This document shows positions 10,426 through 23,800 of a stretch of DNA of 41,753 bases, in pieces. Numbering within the stretch: position 1 is the first letter of the stretch; the number at the start of each line of letters is the position of its first letter. This DNA is from Seison nebaliae. Its lineage: Eukaryota. The position numbers were made by a program, and so were the translations under genes. Below the pieces are notes generated by a model. That model was not told where the DNA came from. It saw only the letters and a list, made by a program, of their open reading frames with translations, and did no database searches. The DNA is taken from the NCBI GenBank assembly GCA_023231475.1, contig JALJEE010002408.1, forward strand, positions 62,001-103,753, given 5' to 3'.

Positions 10426-12252
10426 TTATGATTCATTGATATTTGAGAGGACCTCGCCGGCCGGTGTATCATGATCAAATTTAGAAAGGAAAGAATAATA
10501 AGGTAAATTATGATGTCCAATTAATTTCTTCAATTGAAGAGTATGAGCAATAAGAATATCGACGGGTGGCTCTCTTGGCATATTATTGGAATGAAGAATT
10601 GCTTCATCCAAAGCATACCAAACTTCTTCTTTCAAATGTCCATCACTTAATGTCTTCCAATTTGATTTCCTTTTTTTTGGAGCAACAACAGATGTACCAT
10701 TCTTATCGTCATCCACATTTGATCGTTGAAGATATGCAGGAAGACTCAATACTGATGTATGATGATGCATTATTGCGGTGAATAATTCTCTGGAAACTGT
10801 CGGTTCAATTTCTACTACCAATTCATTGATATCCCTTCCTAAATCAAGAAGAGAATCAAATATCGCTACAGAATGTTGATAGAAATCATTTACTGGATCA
10901 TCTCCAATTAATTCATTTAAATTTGTCTTCTCTGCTAAAATTCGTTCAAATTGACACATTCGAATATCACAATGTTCATTGACTTGTGGAATAGTTCCAT
11001 TGTCTTGAATGCAACATTTGGCACAATGTTGAATTTTCTTTTTGACCGGTTTCTCCGGTGATGTTATTGTTGTTACGGAATTATTATTGGAATTTATCAT
11101 ATCGTAATCGATATCTTCCGCTACTTCATAAATCGATTTATTTCCTGATCTATTTAAATTACTGTTAATTAAATTTACGATTTCTCTCATAGTCAAATTT
11201 TGGTCTCCATTAAAATCTTCTAAATAATGTTGAGGAATATCTTTCACTTCCAATCGAACATATCCCGGATCAGTTCCATTCAAAATTTCAATAAATTGTT
11301 GAGTTTTCAATCGGAATGCTAATATCAAATTTTCTTCTAATAATGTTGGATAAAGTAATTTAGTTAATCCGATGGCGTCACTATATCTCCCAAAGATACA
11401 TAATCGTTTCAAATAATGACGATTCTTCATTGATTCAACACTTTCCATCAATGGTGTTTTGGCTTGTTTCGCAAATTTTTGAGCTGTTTGACAAAATCCT
11501 GAATGTGTCAAATAATTGGTGACTAAATTCCTCAGAGTCTTTGGAATGAATTCATCAGCGGAAGTGGTGTTCATAATATTCTTCCGGATAAGATGTCTAT
11601 AATCTTTCCGAAATTTTTTGATGTCGAAAATAAACGGTTTATTTCCAAAATTGATGGTGGCTGATTCGCCTGTTGTTTGTAAACCAACCGTTGGATAGAG
11701 ACTTTCGAATGTTTTCCCATGTCGAAGTGCTAAAGGTAATTGTTTGAAAACAGTTCCTAAACGGTTTCCATTCTTTGTGAAGAAAGCAGTTCGTGTAAAT
11801 AAATTCACACAACATCCAACCACATCATGCTCTTTGAATGTTGGTCCATATGGAACACCAGTTCCTGATTGACAAAATGAATTTCCATCATCAGCATGAT
11901 AACCATACGATTCGGGATCCCAACCCGGTAATCGATGCATTTTCGCTGATGAACTGCATAAACCTATTCCTATATATCCGTCATTTCCAATCGCTTCGAT
12001 CTTTACTTCGTAATAGAAGATACCACAAATTAAAGGAATAGAATGATTTGCTTTAATTGTTGCTGCATTTTTCGAATCACCTTTTGTTTCTCCAACATAT
12101 GACACTGTCATACAATCGTCTGATAATTTCATAATTCCATTACTAGCAGCTGCATCTTTTGCACATAATTTTGTAGGTAGGAGAAGTTTTTTGTGTCCTT
12201 TGAGATTTGGATATAAATCATAAATATTCTTATTCGCGTCTTCTTCCGTCAT
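10426..12252 (-). CDS. RANBP9: Ran-binding protein 9/10 (SPRY-LisH-CTLH), CTLH/GID complex scaffold, intronless
   Basis: SPRY motifs CGIFYYEVKI, GYIGIG, RLPGWDPESYGYHADDG, YGPTF, FFTKNG, LYPTVGLQT, NFGNKPF; LisH LVTNYLTHSGFCQTA; CTLH FRLKTQQFIE. Confidence 0.9.
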   Translation of the reverse strand: MTEEDANKNIYDLYPNLKGHKKLLLPTKLCAKDAAASNGIMKLSDDCMTVSYVGETKGDSKNAATIKANHSIPLICGIFYYEVKIEAIGNDGYIGIGLCSSSAKMHRLPGWDPESYGYHADDGNSFCQSGTGVPYGPTFKEHDVVGCCVNLFTRTAFFTKNGNRLGTVFKQLPLALRHGKTFESLYPTVGLQTTGESATINFGNKPFIFDIKKFRKDYRHLIRKNIMNTTSADEFIPKTLRNLVTNYLTHSGFCQTAQKFAKQAKTPLMESVESMKNRHYLKRLCIFGRYSDAIGLTKLLYPTLLEENLILAFRLKTQQFIEILNGTDPGYVRLEVKDIPQHYLEDFNGDQNLTMREIVNLINSNLNRSGNKSIYEVAEDIDYDMINSNNNSVTTITSPEKPVKKKIQHCAKCCIQDNGTIPQVNEHCDIRMCQFERILAEKTNLNELIGDDPVNDFYQHSVAIFDSLLDLGRDINELVVEIEPTVSRELFTAIMHHHTSVLSLPAYLQRSNVDDDKNGTSVVAPKKRKSNWKTLSDGHLKEEVWYALDEAILHSNNMPREPPVDILIAHTLQLKKLIGHHNLPYYSFLSKFDHDTPAGEVLSNINES

Positions 12253-12506
12253 AATTGTCCGATCGAAAATATTTCCTAAAATTGATTAGTAAATTAAAGA
12301 AGAAAAAGAAATTTTCTAAATGGAATAAATTTAAATAAAAACAAATGAAGATTGTGGAATGATGAAGTTAAATTTGAAAGTACGAGATCTGAAAGAATTA
12401 TGGAATTGAATTATTAAAAATTCCCATAATCTTTTCAAGAAATTTTAAAATTAAATATAATTATCATATTAATATAAAACATAAGAAAATGTCAATAAGT
12501 TTTTGT

Positions 12507-14897
12507 TTAGAATGAAATTTTCTCTAATTCTTCAAATGACTCTTGTGTCAATTTTCGATATTCTTTCTTATTCCACAGATAATATATTTTTCCATTAGAA
12601 AAATGTTTATATGATTCTTGTTGATAATCCTTTTTTTGATATTTATAAGTTGCTAAAAGATTATAATAAAATTTAATTAATAAAAATAAGATATAAGAAG
12701 AACCAGTCTTTTTGATGGTTGATACTAATCGGATGAAACGAGGAATAGCATATGATGCAATAGATTCTTTCATCGATTTTAAGAGATGATCTAAATCCAT
12801 TTCTCTCCCCTCCTCTTCCACCAATACCACCATTCCACAACGACCCTCATTATTCGGAACTTCTACTCCAAAGACGATGCAATCATTCCGAATAATTTGA
12901 CTGATTTGAATTTCGATTTCTTTCGTCGAAACATTTTCTCCTTTCCATCGAAACGTATCACCAGTTCGATCGACAAAATAAAAAAATCCTTCCCGATCAT
13001 GATATAAAATATCTCCAGAAGAAAAATAAGCATCGTCCTCTTCTAAAACATTTCTGAGAATTTTCCTTTTCGTCGCTTTATTATCTACATATCCATCAAA
13101 TCGACGAACGGGAGATCCATTCGTAATTTTACCAACCAATAATCCTGGTTCATCCGGTTCAGCTTCTATACACAAACCAGTAATCGCATCTCTAATCGGT
13201 TCTAATGGATTGTCTTTTTCATTTCGAATAATTTTGACAGGTAACAAATCTGGAACGAGTAATGAAGTGAAACCGACGGCACCTGGACGATTAACGAAAT
13301 TCATCAGACTACCATTCCCTTCAGTTGAACCATAAAATTCATAAATATTTTCGATATTAAATCGATTTTTGAATTCATTCCAAAACATTTTACTCATTCC
13401 ATTTCCGATACAATTTTTGATTTTTTGTCTCTTCTCAACTTCGCCATTGTCACGTTGTAACAGATATCTAGTTATCTCTCCAATATAGAGACATGTCTAA
13501 TATTTAATTAATAAATAAATAAATATATATTTGTTATGAACATTTAAAAAGAAGAAGCACATCAATATAATGGAGAATAGAGAATGAAATAATCGATAAT
13601 TGATCGTAAAGTAAAATCATCAATTAATCGAATATTCCAGTTAATAATAAAACTAAACTGTACAATTGAATTTGATACAATCATTCCAAAAGGCGGAAAC
13701 AGAAAATTTTGGTGCAATTACACTCGTTGCACCGTAACAGAAAGTAGAGCAGAGTCCAATCAAATTTCCCAATGCATGATACAGTGGAAGACAGATGTAA
13801 ATCGTGTCATTAGAAGTTAGACGAAGAACTTTATTCGCTCCCACACCACCAAAGATCGCGCTAATAATTATTAAAGGAATTTTAAAAAAATATTCTTCTT
13901 TTTCCATTTCATACACAATTCAACATACAATTTTTTCTTTTTTTTTTTCACAACACAACAATATTTTTTAAAGACTAAATTACTAAAAGGAAGTGAAGAA
14001 AGACGAGTATTTACAAACCGATAATGTTTAGTGACAGCCGCTTTCGGCAATCCAGTTGTGCCTGATGTAAAGATGTACAATAATTTATCTTCATAATGAA
14101 TTTTTAATGTTTTTGGCCAATTAGCTAATTTCGATTCATCCCCAATCAATTCCATTATGTTATTCGAATGGTTATTATCTTCTGTTAAAATGAATTTTGT
14201 TAGTTCGATATTTTGGACGATGTCTTCAAATTTATCTTCGTAGATGATTGCACGAGCTTTCGATATGTTCAACGTATGTTGAAGAGGCTCCTTCGTCAAA
14301 TTCACATTCACCAATGACGAGATCACTCCAATTTTCGCTAGTCCTAAATATAATAAGACATATTCAACTCGATTCGACATAATGATAGCAACGACATCTT
14401 CTTTCTTATAATTAATTCGATAGAAATAATTCGCTATCTGATTTGTCATTTCATCCACCTAAAAACCAAATAAAACATCATTGGAAAAGGAATTGGGAAA
14501 TTGTAGAACTTCTTCAAATGTCAATTTTTGATTATAATCTTGAATACAAATTTTCTTTGGAAATTTTTTGACTTGTTTCCGAAATAATGAAATAACCGAA
14601 TCGTCATTATATTGATACCATGTCGTAAAAATATTTAACGTTCCCAAACGTTTTCCAGCACTATAGAAAATAGAATAAAAATAAAATTTGTTTTATAATT
14701 TTAAAAAAAGTATTAAACATCATATCTCTATATAAAGTCTTCCTCAATAAAAAGAAGATTTTGGCTGGTCCTCTGCGATAGATGTAAAGGACGATAATCG
14801 CCAACAAATATGCCAAATAACTATTCGTCAGATATATGATTGGTAGAAGCATGATAAATGGAGATCGGAATTTCCCGAAAACTTTATTGTAGCCCAT
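12507..14897 (-). CDS. Long-chain fatty acid transport protein/acyl-CoA synthetase (FATP/SLC27), ~636 aa; exons 14719-14897, 14510-14660, 14019-14458, 13659-13860, 12704-13496, 12507-12652
   Basis: YIFTSGTTGLPKAA, LPLYH, KFSVSAFWNDC, YIGEITRYLL, EFYGSTEGN, FVDRTGDTFRWKGENVST, EGRCGM; five GTT..TAG introns. Confidence 0.93.
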
Positions 14898-15328
14898 TTT
14901 GTGTCGTTAAATGAATGGATTGAATAGTAATGAATTATTTTGATGTTCTTCAATTGTCCAATTGTGAATTGGAGATGAGTTTACTCTTCATTTATTAATT
15001 TATATACAAAGTCGATAGCATGATCGTCTTGTGAATGAGTTCAATGTTTATTTCATGAGAAACATGAATGACAATTTACTTCAACAATTAATAATTATTC
15101 TTCAATTTTCTAATTCGACTTCTAAGCCTATTTGGAAAATTTTATAAGTGTTTATAATTCTAACGATACATAACTTATTACTATTAGTGAAATGGATGAT
15201 AAAATCAATAAAATTCATTAAAAGTATATGATTAAAAAGAAAATAGTTTAATTTGAATATTTCGCTTTATTTCCTCAAATCCAAAAAAAATAAAACATGT
15301 TCAATTTAAAAGACAAAAGAATTACGAT

Positions 15329-15887
<559 letters not shown>

Positions 15888-16415
15888 TTTCTCTTAATTA
15901 ATACTCTCAAATAACTTCTCTATTTTTTGAGATTAAAATATAAAATATAGATGTTAATTATGTCGTTTGTCATTCTTATTAATCTGATATTTCAATAATA
16001 TTCATTGAAATAAAAGTAATGGCAATTCTCTCAAACAACGTTGAAGTGAATAACTTTCGACAAAAAATTCAACTCCTAAATGAAAGATATAAGATATAAA
16101 ATTGCGTTATTGTTGTTCGGTGTGGAGGGAAGAATTAACAGAAATTAAGCTAAAAATTCGTAATTGAGTTATGGTGTTGATTCACATAAATTGAATGATT
16201 TAGAGTGAAAGCAATAGAATTTATCAGATTAAGCTGTTCGTGATTTGAGTTGAAGAAAAAGTGGAATGTTATTTCATAGTAATTGGAAACATAATAATTT
16301 TTGATTTGCTTCAATTTTTTTCTTCTCCTTGAACTTCCATTCTTTTTGTAAAAATTTCATTTTTATTACTTTTTTTTTATTTCATTTAATTACTTACTAT
16401 GAATATTGAACAATA

Positions 16416-19034
16416 ATGAGTAGCAAGAATAATAACAACATCAAGAATGATTCTTGTACTGATAAACTCATTATTCTCGACAGCTACGGTCATTTAACAT
16501 CAATTCACTTAATTTGATAACTTAATTTAAATTTTAGCTAATTTAAGAAATTATATTGAGGATCCGATTAATTCGCCATTATTGCGACATCATGCATTAA
16601 GTATCCTTGATGAACTTGAGACGATATTTCGTTTAACTAGTCGACCAACAGTATTAGAACAAAAGAAGAAGAAAGAGAAAGAAGAGAAACCACCTCCCAA
16701 TTGGGAATGTGTTCATTTGAATGATATTACTGTGAATGACGATGCTTCCGATGTGAAGAAGTGTGCAGAAGAACTTAATTTCTATATAGGTAATCAAGAA
16801 TTATTGATGAATGATAAGAAATCAAGAAGGAAGAAGAATTATGGACGAAGAAATGATCTGTTGACAACGGATATTCATAAATGTACTGTTATGAAGGATC
16901 ATTGTGTGAAGAAATTATTAGTAATTCTGAAGAAGAAAGAAATACGAGATCGATCTCAAAGTTCAATTTTTAATAATTTCTTATATCTCAAATGTTTCCT
17001 TCTTGAATTAAAAGCGAATTCTTCAACACATGTTAAAAAAGATTTAACTTTACAAAAACCTGAAAGTCATTTCCGAATGACACAATTGAAACAATCAAGT
17101 ACCATGCAAATGAAAACGAGAAGTGTTGCATCTCTTTCTTCTGCTCGACAGAAATCGGAGAATCATAAAGATGAGAGTTTCGTCAAAGTGAGTCAAGCGA
17201 AGAATGCCGATTCAAATGTTATCATATCAAAAAGTTATAGCACAGCAGGAAATAAGGAAAAACAGAAGACAAAATCTGTTGAACAGGATTCTTATCCGTT
17301 AACCGAAGATACCAGTTCGAAGTTGATTTATGTGACTAAAGAGAAAAATCAAATAGAACTTCATGATAAATCAGCGTCAGACAACAGTGAAACTACTTCA
17401 TCCATATCGATTGAACAGATTGAAGAACATCAAATAAAAATTAGTACGTCAATGTCAGAAATTGAGAAGAATTCATTAAAATACCATAAAACTGATTCGG
17501 TGGAACAAATTCCACCTTCCGATAGTAACGCAGCTCATATATCAGTAATAACGAACTATTCGTATAATAATAAAGAATATGGAAAGAATGTGATGGGAAT
17601 GGTGAAGAATAAATTGTTTGGAAGAAGGAATTCGAGGAAATCACAAGCTGATCAATTACAACGAGCCAAAGACAATGAGTATCAATTCAATATGGATAGA
17701 AAATTAGATTTAAAATTAAATCGACGTAAAGGAAGTTTTGATTTCAAAAAATATTTGAGGAATCGATCAGAAAGTATAATGAGAAGAGATAAATATCGAG
17801 AGAAGAATATGAATAAATATGAAAGTGCCTCCAAATTTCAATTCCAAACAACTTCGGACACTAATCATTTAGCAAAAGAGATTCCATTTACTAACATCAA
17901 TGTCAATATGGGAAAGAGTAAACATAGTGGAAAAAATACGGATAAGAGTAAGAAAAAGAGTGAAAAGAGTGCTAAGAAAAAGAGTGAGAAAAGTAGTAAG
18001 AAAGGTGGTAAAAAGAAGGGAGGGAAGAAAGATGGGAAACATAAGAAGGATAAAAGTACCGACGGGAGTATTGTAGCCATTGAAGAGAAAGTTGACGAAA
18101 TACTTAAGCAAGAAACGAAAAAGATGAAGGCTGATAAGAAAAGTAAGCATTCGAAAGGAAGTTCCAAAGGATCAAAAGGAGGAAAATCATTAACGGAAGA
18201 CAAAAAGTCGGCTGCTAGTGGCAAATCGAAGAAAAGTAAACATAAAGGTAAAAAAGGTAAGAAAGATTCGATAAAAGTACTGGAAAGCGCTAACAGTGAT
18301 ACGAGCAATTTAACTGTTGACGATTTGGCCATTGAAGATTTTAAAAAGAATACTAAAGTTGATAGTGTATCATCCGTGTCTGGTTAGGAGAATTTAGTTT
18401 AATCATTCAAACAAATATTTTAATTTAAATTTAGTTGGAAAAAAATCCAAGAAAGGAAAAGATAAAAAATCGAAATCATCAAAAGGTACGAAAGATAAAG
18501 GTGATAAAAAGAAAGGAAAGGGTGGGAAATCAAAAAGTAAATCAACCAAAGGTACTAAGCACAGTGGGAAGAAAGGTGAAGCGAAGAAGGAGATCGATCC
18601 ATTTATGGATAGTTCGCTTGAAGCCAACACTGCTTCACATGACGCAGCAGCATCTGAAGCATTAGCAGAAGAAGTACCTGAGCTACCACCAAAACCAACA
18701 ACATTAGAAAAGAAAGATTCATCGGCTAATCCAAGAACTCAAAAACCGGAACCGACAAAAACCGTTGAGTCACCAGTTATGAATCCTCAGCCTACAAAAA
18801 CTGTGGTAACAGAAAGTGCGACTCCTAAAATAGGTTCAATTGAGAATGATAGTGTTCAACCGGGCAAGGACTCTCAACCAAAACCAAGTTAATTCTTTTA
18901 TTCCATTTATCAAATAATATCATTTTTATTTTTCAGTCAGTGGGACCAATCAATTATATGTTGAGGATGGTGATGTATCGAAAACATTTTCATGTTCCAC
19001 TGTAGGTCATTATTGTTTTCCTGTTCGATTATAA
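16416..19034 (+). CDS. Orphan Lys/Ser-rich low-complexity protein, ~822 aa; exons 16416-16488, 16538-18382, 18435-18887, 18937-19034
   Basis: 601-aa ORF extended in frame by three 49-52-nt phase-1 introns (GTC, GTT, GTT); highly basic KKSEKS/KKGKK tracts. First and last exons less certain. Confidence 0.65.
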
Positions 19035-19284
19035 TTGTTAAGATGTTATATTGAAAATAAAAGCAAAATACATTTATGTAAATATCCAAATGATTATTTA
19101 TTTAAATATTACTTATTGATGTGTACGTGTAATTGTGTCCACATACATATCAGGACTTAACTCTACATAGAAATTAGTGTTTGTTAAAGTTCAATATTTT
19201 ATTTAGTTTCTCAATTTCTTCTTCCATATGTGTTTAAGTTACTCAAATGTTGTGTGTGAGCAAGTTGATTGAACAAAACTATTA

Positions 19285-21455
19285 CTATTTAATAGGAAGC
19301 AACCATTTAAAGTAGTAATGCATATTTAGATAATATGCGAGAATACAAGATGCCAAAAATACACGAATTGCTGTAATTAAACTTCGATAAAACCGATTTT
19401 CACTCGGACCGATAAATCCCGGACAATCTTGTGCCACTCGATTACCATACAACCTTACAACAATTATATCGGAAAACAAATTAAATAGTATTGAACATGC
19501 ATCATAGAATAATTCCAGCAATTGCCATAGGATCAGATAAACTATTTTTAAGCCGTTCTTCTTCAAGAATTTTATGACATCTTGTTTGGTCATGTCTAAA
19601 TAACAAATAAGTAAAATTTGAAATAGATAAAATTATTTATATTAACCTGCAAACAGATATTGTTTTATCATTTCTATTGGTTTTTTCTTTGCAGGTTTAC
19701 CTATTTGTTGAGCATCAAGTACACCTGATTGGTTGCCAGCTCTCTTCCACACAGGATTAGTATTTGGCCCTACATTTGATATGAGATCCTTAAGAGAATT
19801 TTCCGAGTCGGCATCCTCTTTCTGACTTTGATTTCCGTCTTCTTTCAAATGTACTTCATGTATTGCTGTTGTGTTAAAAGATGCTTTTATTCCAATTGGT
19901 ATTGCTTCTTCTTTCTCTGATTTTCTTTCTGAATTCACGTCTAATAATTTAGTATTCTGCGACCCAACATTACTATTCTCTTTATTACTCTGATTCCTCT
20001 GCAACAATGTGCCATCTGGAAGCTTTCGACTGCCGACCGATTTAGTTGGTCTGATGAGATGTCTTATTTGTTTTAACTTCATATCTGAATTAAGCTCATC
20101 ATGTTGAAGTACAGAATCAATTTTGTTTAATAGACTTTCATTTTTTGAGTTAGCTGGTCCTGATCGAACGGAGCCACTCGCTCGAATTTTAGCCAAACTT
20201 AATACATTTGTAATATGATCGATTCGTGCACTATATGCCATGGAGGGATCGTTTCTTATATTTTCTATATGTCTTAATAAAGCCGTGTCATCCATTTGTT
20301 CAACTTGAGGTGCAGTTAAAGTATTAGTTCCACTTCCTTTCAAATAATTTCTAAACGTCAATTAATTATATTTCATTTTTATCAATGAAAAATAAACTTC
20401 GATGCTTCATTGCCAAAAGCAACAGACTTATTTAATGTACCTGTATGTGCCGTACTCTTCTTACTGTTTGAAAAGTGTGTTTGCCTCTCTGGATGTTGGG
20501 ATGGATAGGCAGTGGGAGGTTTCCCACTTCCAAGACCAGTTCCATTACTTTGATTTTTCGTTGATTTTCCATCTTGACCCGTTGTTCGACCACTCGTTTG
20601 TTCTAATAAAAAAATAAAATACAAAAAAAATGATTTTCCACAAGCAAGTCTATAACTTCCATTTGAATAAGTTCTCTTTTCCGGTGATGACATTTGCGGT
20701 GATGACTTTGGCGGTGATGACTTTAGCCCTGACGCATTTTCCGGTGACGACTTTGGCCCTGACGCATTTTCCGGTGACGACTTTTCACGGACAACTGAAT
20801 ATGTTTTTCTCGTAAGTGTTCTTCGAGTATTGTCATCCTCATTTTCTTTTTTTGGTACTTCCGTTATTTTTATTTCAGCCGATGGCGTTTTCACCGCAGA
20901 ATTATATTCCTTAGCAATATTAATTTCATGTAATTGAGGATCACTCATTACTCTATTACTAAAATTTTTGTTGTAAGCTAAATCATATTTGCCATTGATG
21001 TAGTTAATGGATAATACGGATTCTCCTTTTTCTAAACCGTTTTGAGCATTATCATTTACTCCAACGTCAGGTGCTTCACTAGTCAAGAAATTAGGTACAG
21101 TCTCGTTGTCAGTTAAATCAGTAGAGGAAAAACCAGTGATAGGAATACAAATTTCTTTATTTTTAAATTTGTCCAAAGAAGTAAAGGAAATATCCTTTCC
21201 ATTTTTTCCCTCGGGGGTGAGTACTTTCGTATTTCCCATAAGATTTTTCTTGTTGCTTCTCATTAAGAAATTTTTCATAATCAATGATTTACCCGGTCGC
21301 TTACTTTTAACACTTTTCGGCTTATTCGAGATAGTCCTGACAGATTTACATTGTTTTTGTGAGAAGCTGGTTGTCGTTTGCCTTGCCATTTGTGATCGCT
21401 GGTGAATTCTTGTGTCGGTCTTCGTTGAATATTTTTCGGAATTGATAAACGTCAT
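19285..21455 (-). CDS. Orphan protein with SSP repeats and C-terminal hydrophobic segments, ~672 aa; exons 20657-21455, 20398-20602, 19647-20350, 19285-19595
   Basis: Three consecutive minus-strand ORFs joined in frame by GTT..TAG introns of 47 and 51 nt, plus a likely in-frame 54-nt intron. Confidence 0.65.
20678..20785 (-). repeat. Coding tandem repeat (15/30-bp units) encoding KSSPENASGP / KSSPP / MSSP
   Basis: gccctgacgcattttccggtgacgacttt occurs twice, preceded by three cggtgatgac units at 15-bp spacing on the + strand. Confidence 0.85.
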
Positions 21456-22291
21456 GATATTTCAAACTTATCCAGAAAGACTATCAACAGACAACTTTAT
21501 CTCGAAATATAATTCCAAACTGAAACTGAAAAAAAATACAATGAAAACTGAAAGTAATTGAATTTGGACGAACATGGAAGAAGTTTGTATAATATTTCTT
21601 TTTAGTCGAAAATGTTCATAAGTCATAGGCCACTATGCAAGAGAATGTGAAACGGTTATCAGGAGTATCTGATGAGTATCTCAATTGGATCTATCGCATC
21701 CATCGTGAACAGTGGCAAATGAAAAATGAGATTAATTATCCTCTCAATATTTCCTTCTCTATTTGGAAGAGACAGAAGATGAGAGTTTCAGAAGAATAGA
21801 AATAGATTTCTTTATCACAATAATATCAAATGAAAAAAAACATATTGTTCAAATCTTTTATATGATCCCGATCCTTAATGTGCTGTGAAGCGGAAAGGCA
21901 ATTGATGCATGTAGTCTACACATATACATTGTCAATCATCGTTCTATGTAGTTTGTTGCAACAAATTTTGATGACGAACGTTATTTTTATCAAACGCCAA
22001 TTTTATTCATCATGATTATCGAAACGACGATGTTCATGCACATCGTTTGTTTAAAAGACCGTGACGATGCAACGAGGCGAATCCAACGAGAGTTTCGAAA
22101 GGAAAACTTTTCATTCTTTTTAAAAGAAAACTAATCGACATGATCGCAATTCGGCCCAATCGAAATAAAATATAAATTTCTTTTAAATAAATTCCCACAT
22201 TTTATTGCTCTCTCTATAAATGATTGGCGTTAAACTGGCATCTTTTTAAAAATTTTTGTAAATTCTAAATTTGAAGAACAACATTCATCAG

Positions 22292-23278
22292 ATGGATGAG
22301 AACAATTCTTTTGAGGGAATATTTCAGAACATTCCATATGAACAGATTAGATCGATGTACATGGAAGATTTATCCATTGTGCCTCATCTGGGACAGAAGA
22401 TTTTCCCACAGTTCATTCATTCCACAATTACGAAAATCTTGAACTTGTGGATTAGGAAAGATATTAATGCCAACGAAAATGAAGTAGATGTACCACAAGA
22501 TAATAAAATGGAACCGAAATTTTTTGAAAGAAATTTCGAAGTTCATCAATTAATTGAACAATTACATCAATTATCTTTAAGTCAAATTAATTCACCTAAT
22601 GAATGGAGAAGAGTTGAAAATACTCTATTGGAAATCATAAAAAACTCAAAAGAATTTATAGAAACGTTTCAAAATGATGATAGTGAGAATAAGGAATATT
22701 TTTATCAATTCTCCAAAATTTACAGATATATTAGTTCTATCCTCTATCAAATCAATCATCATCGATTATCTCTTCAAAAAAATTTTTATCGATTAGATGA
22801 AATTAATAATTTCATTATCGAATTGGTAATGAGAAAATTCTCTTATTTTATAAGTAAGTGGAATGTGAGTGAAAATTTAGATAAGTTTAGTGATATCTTC
22901 CTCTCTTCCTTCATTTGTCTTCTCCAATTCAATAAAGAAAAAGAAATTGGAAAACTTATAAAATCGATGAATATGCAGAAATTAGTGAAGCAGATTGAAC
23001 GGAAGAATTTAAAGAATCAAAATTTCCTCATATCCAAATTAATTTTCAAATATTTATTTTTCATCAAATTATTTTTATTGAAAAACAAAAAAGAAGAAAT
23101 GAAATTTATTCAGGAATTGAGTCAAATCGTATCAGTTCCACGAGATGTAATTCCGACAAAGTTTCATCAGTGGATCATCTGCAAATATCGAGAGGACGAA
23201 GAAGAATTGGGAGAATTGGAAGAAGAATTAAAAGATTCAAAATTTCAACAATTCATCAATCAACAACGATTCTCTTAA
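22292..23278 (+). CDS. Unknown helical protein, ~328 aa, intronless
   Basis: Long stop-free ORF in AT-rich DNA; first ATG at 22292; no motif recognised. Confidence 0.6.
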   Translation: MDENNSFEGIFQNIPYEQIRSMYMEDLSIVPHLGQKIFPQFIHSTITKILNLWIRKDINANENEVDVPQDNKMEPKFFERNFEVHQLIEQLHQLSLSQINSPNEWRRVENTLLEIIKNSKEFIETFQNDDSENKEYFYQFSKIYRYISSILYQINHHRLSLQKNFYRLDEINNFIIELVMRKFSYFISKWNVSENLDKFSDIFLSSFICLLQFNKEKEIGKLIKSMNMQKLVKQIERKNLKNQNFLISKLIFKYLFFIKLFLLKNKKEEMKFIQELSQIVSVPRDVIPTKFHQWIICKYREDEEELGELEEELKDSKFQQFINQQRFS

Positions 23279-23800
23279 CGAAATCTTCATAATTGATATT
23301 ACCATTTTTGTCTTCTAAACCATAAAGTAATTGTTCCACTTCTTCCTCTGTCAATTTCTCTCCTGAATTCAGAAACATATTAGACTTATTAAACATAAGA
23401 TAAACAGTCAGACCTAATGTCGTCAACAAATGACGTAATTCAGCTGAACTTATTTTTCCATTACTATCATTGTCGAATACTTTGAGTCCTTCGATGAAAT
23501 CTTCAGGTGTTGAAACGACATCTTTCTTTTTGATTCCTTCGAATATTGGAAGGAATTGATCGAAAGTTATTCGCTCATCTGGAATCTCTTTTGCACATTT
23601 ATTAATTTCTAATTCGGTTGGATTTAAATTTTGTGCTCGAATTACATCGCCCAACATCGATTTCGGTATTTTCCCATCACCTTTATTATCGTAGAACATA
23701 AATTTCATTCGAATATTATCTTTCTGATCTTCAGTTAAAGTCGGCTTTAAAATGAGAGGAGAAAGTTTAAAGAATTTCGGAGAAATGAAAGAAAAACCAT
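23256..23800 (-). CDS. Myosin essential (alkali) light chain, non-muscle type (Mlc-c/MYL6-like), 146 aa; exons 23798-23800, 23414-23744, 23256-23362
   Basis: FYDNKGDGKI, GDVIRAQNLNPT, FIEGLKVFD, ISSAELRHLLTTLG|EKLTEEEVE, GNINYEDFV; ATG-only first exon typical of the calmodulin/MLC family. Confidence 0.93.

Noticed and set aside
17865..18630. Minus-strand Phe/Leu-rich ORFs resembling membrane proteins
   Set aside because: Antisense shadows of the AAA/AAG-rich lysine coding strand.
21570..22140. Short open frames of about 55-60 codons between the orphan genes
   Set aside because: No motif and no convincing spliced model; may be UTR or non-coding.
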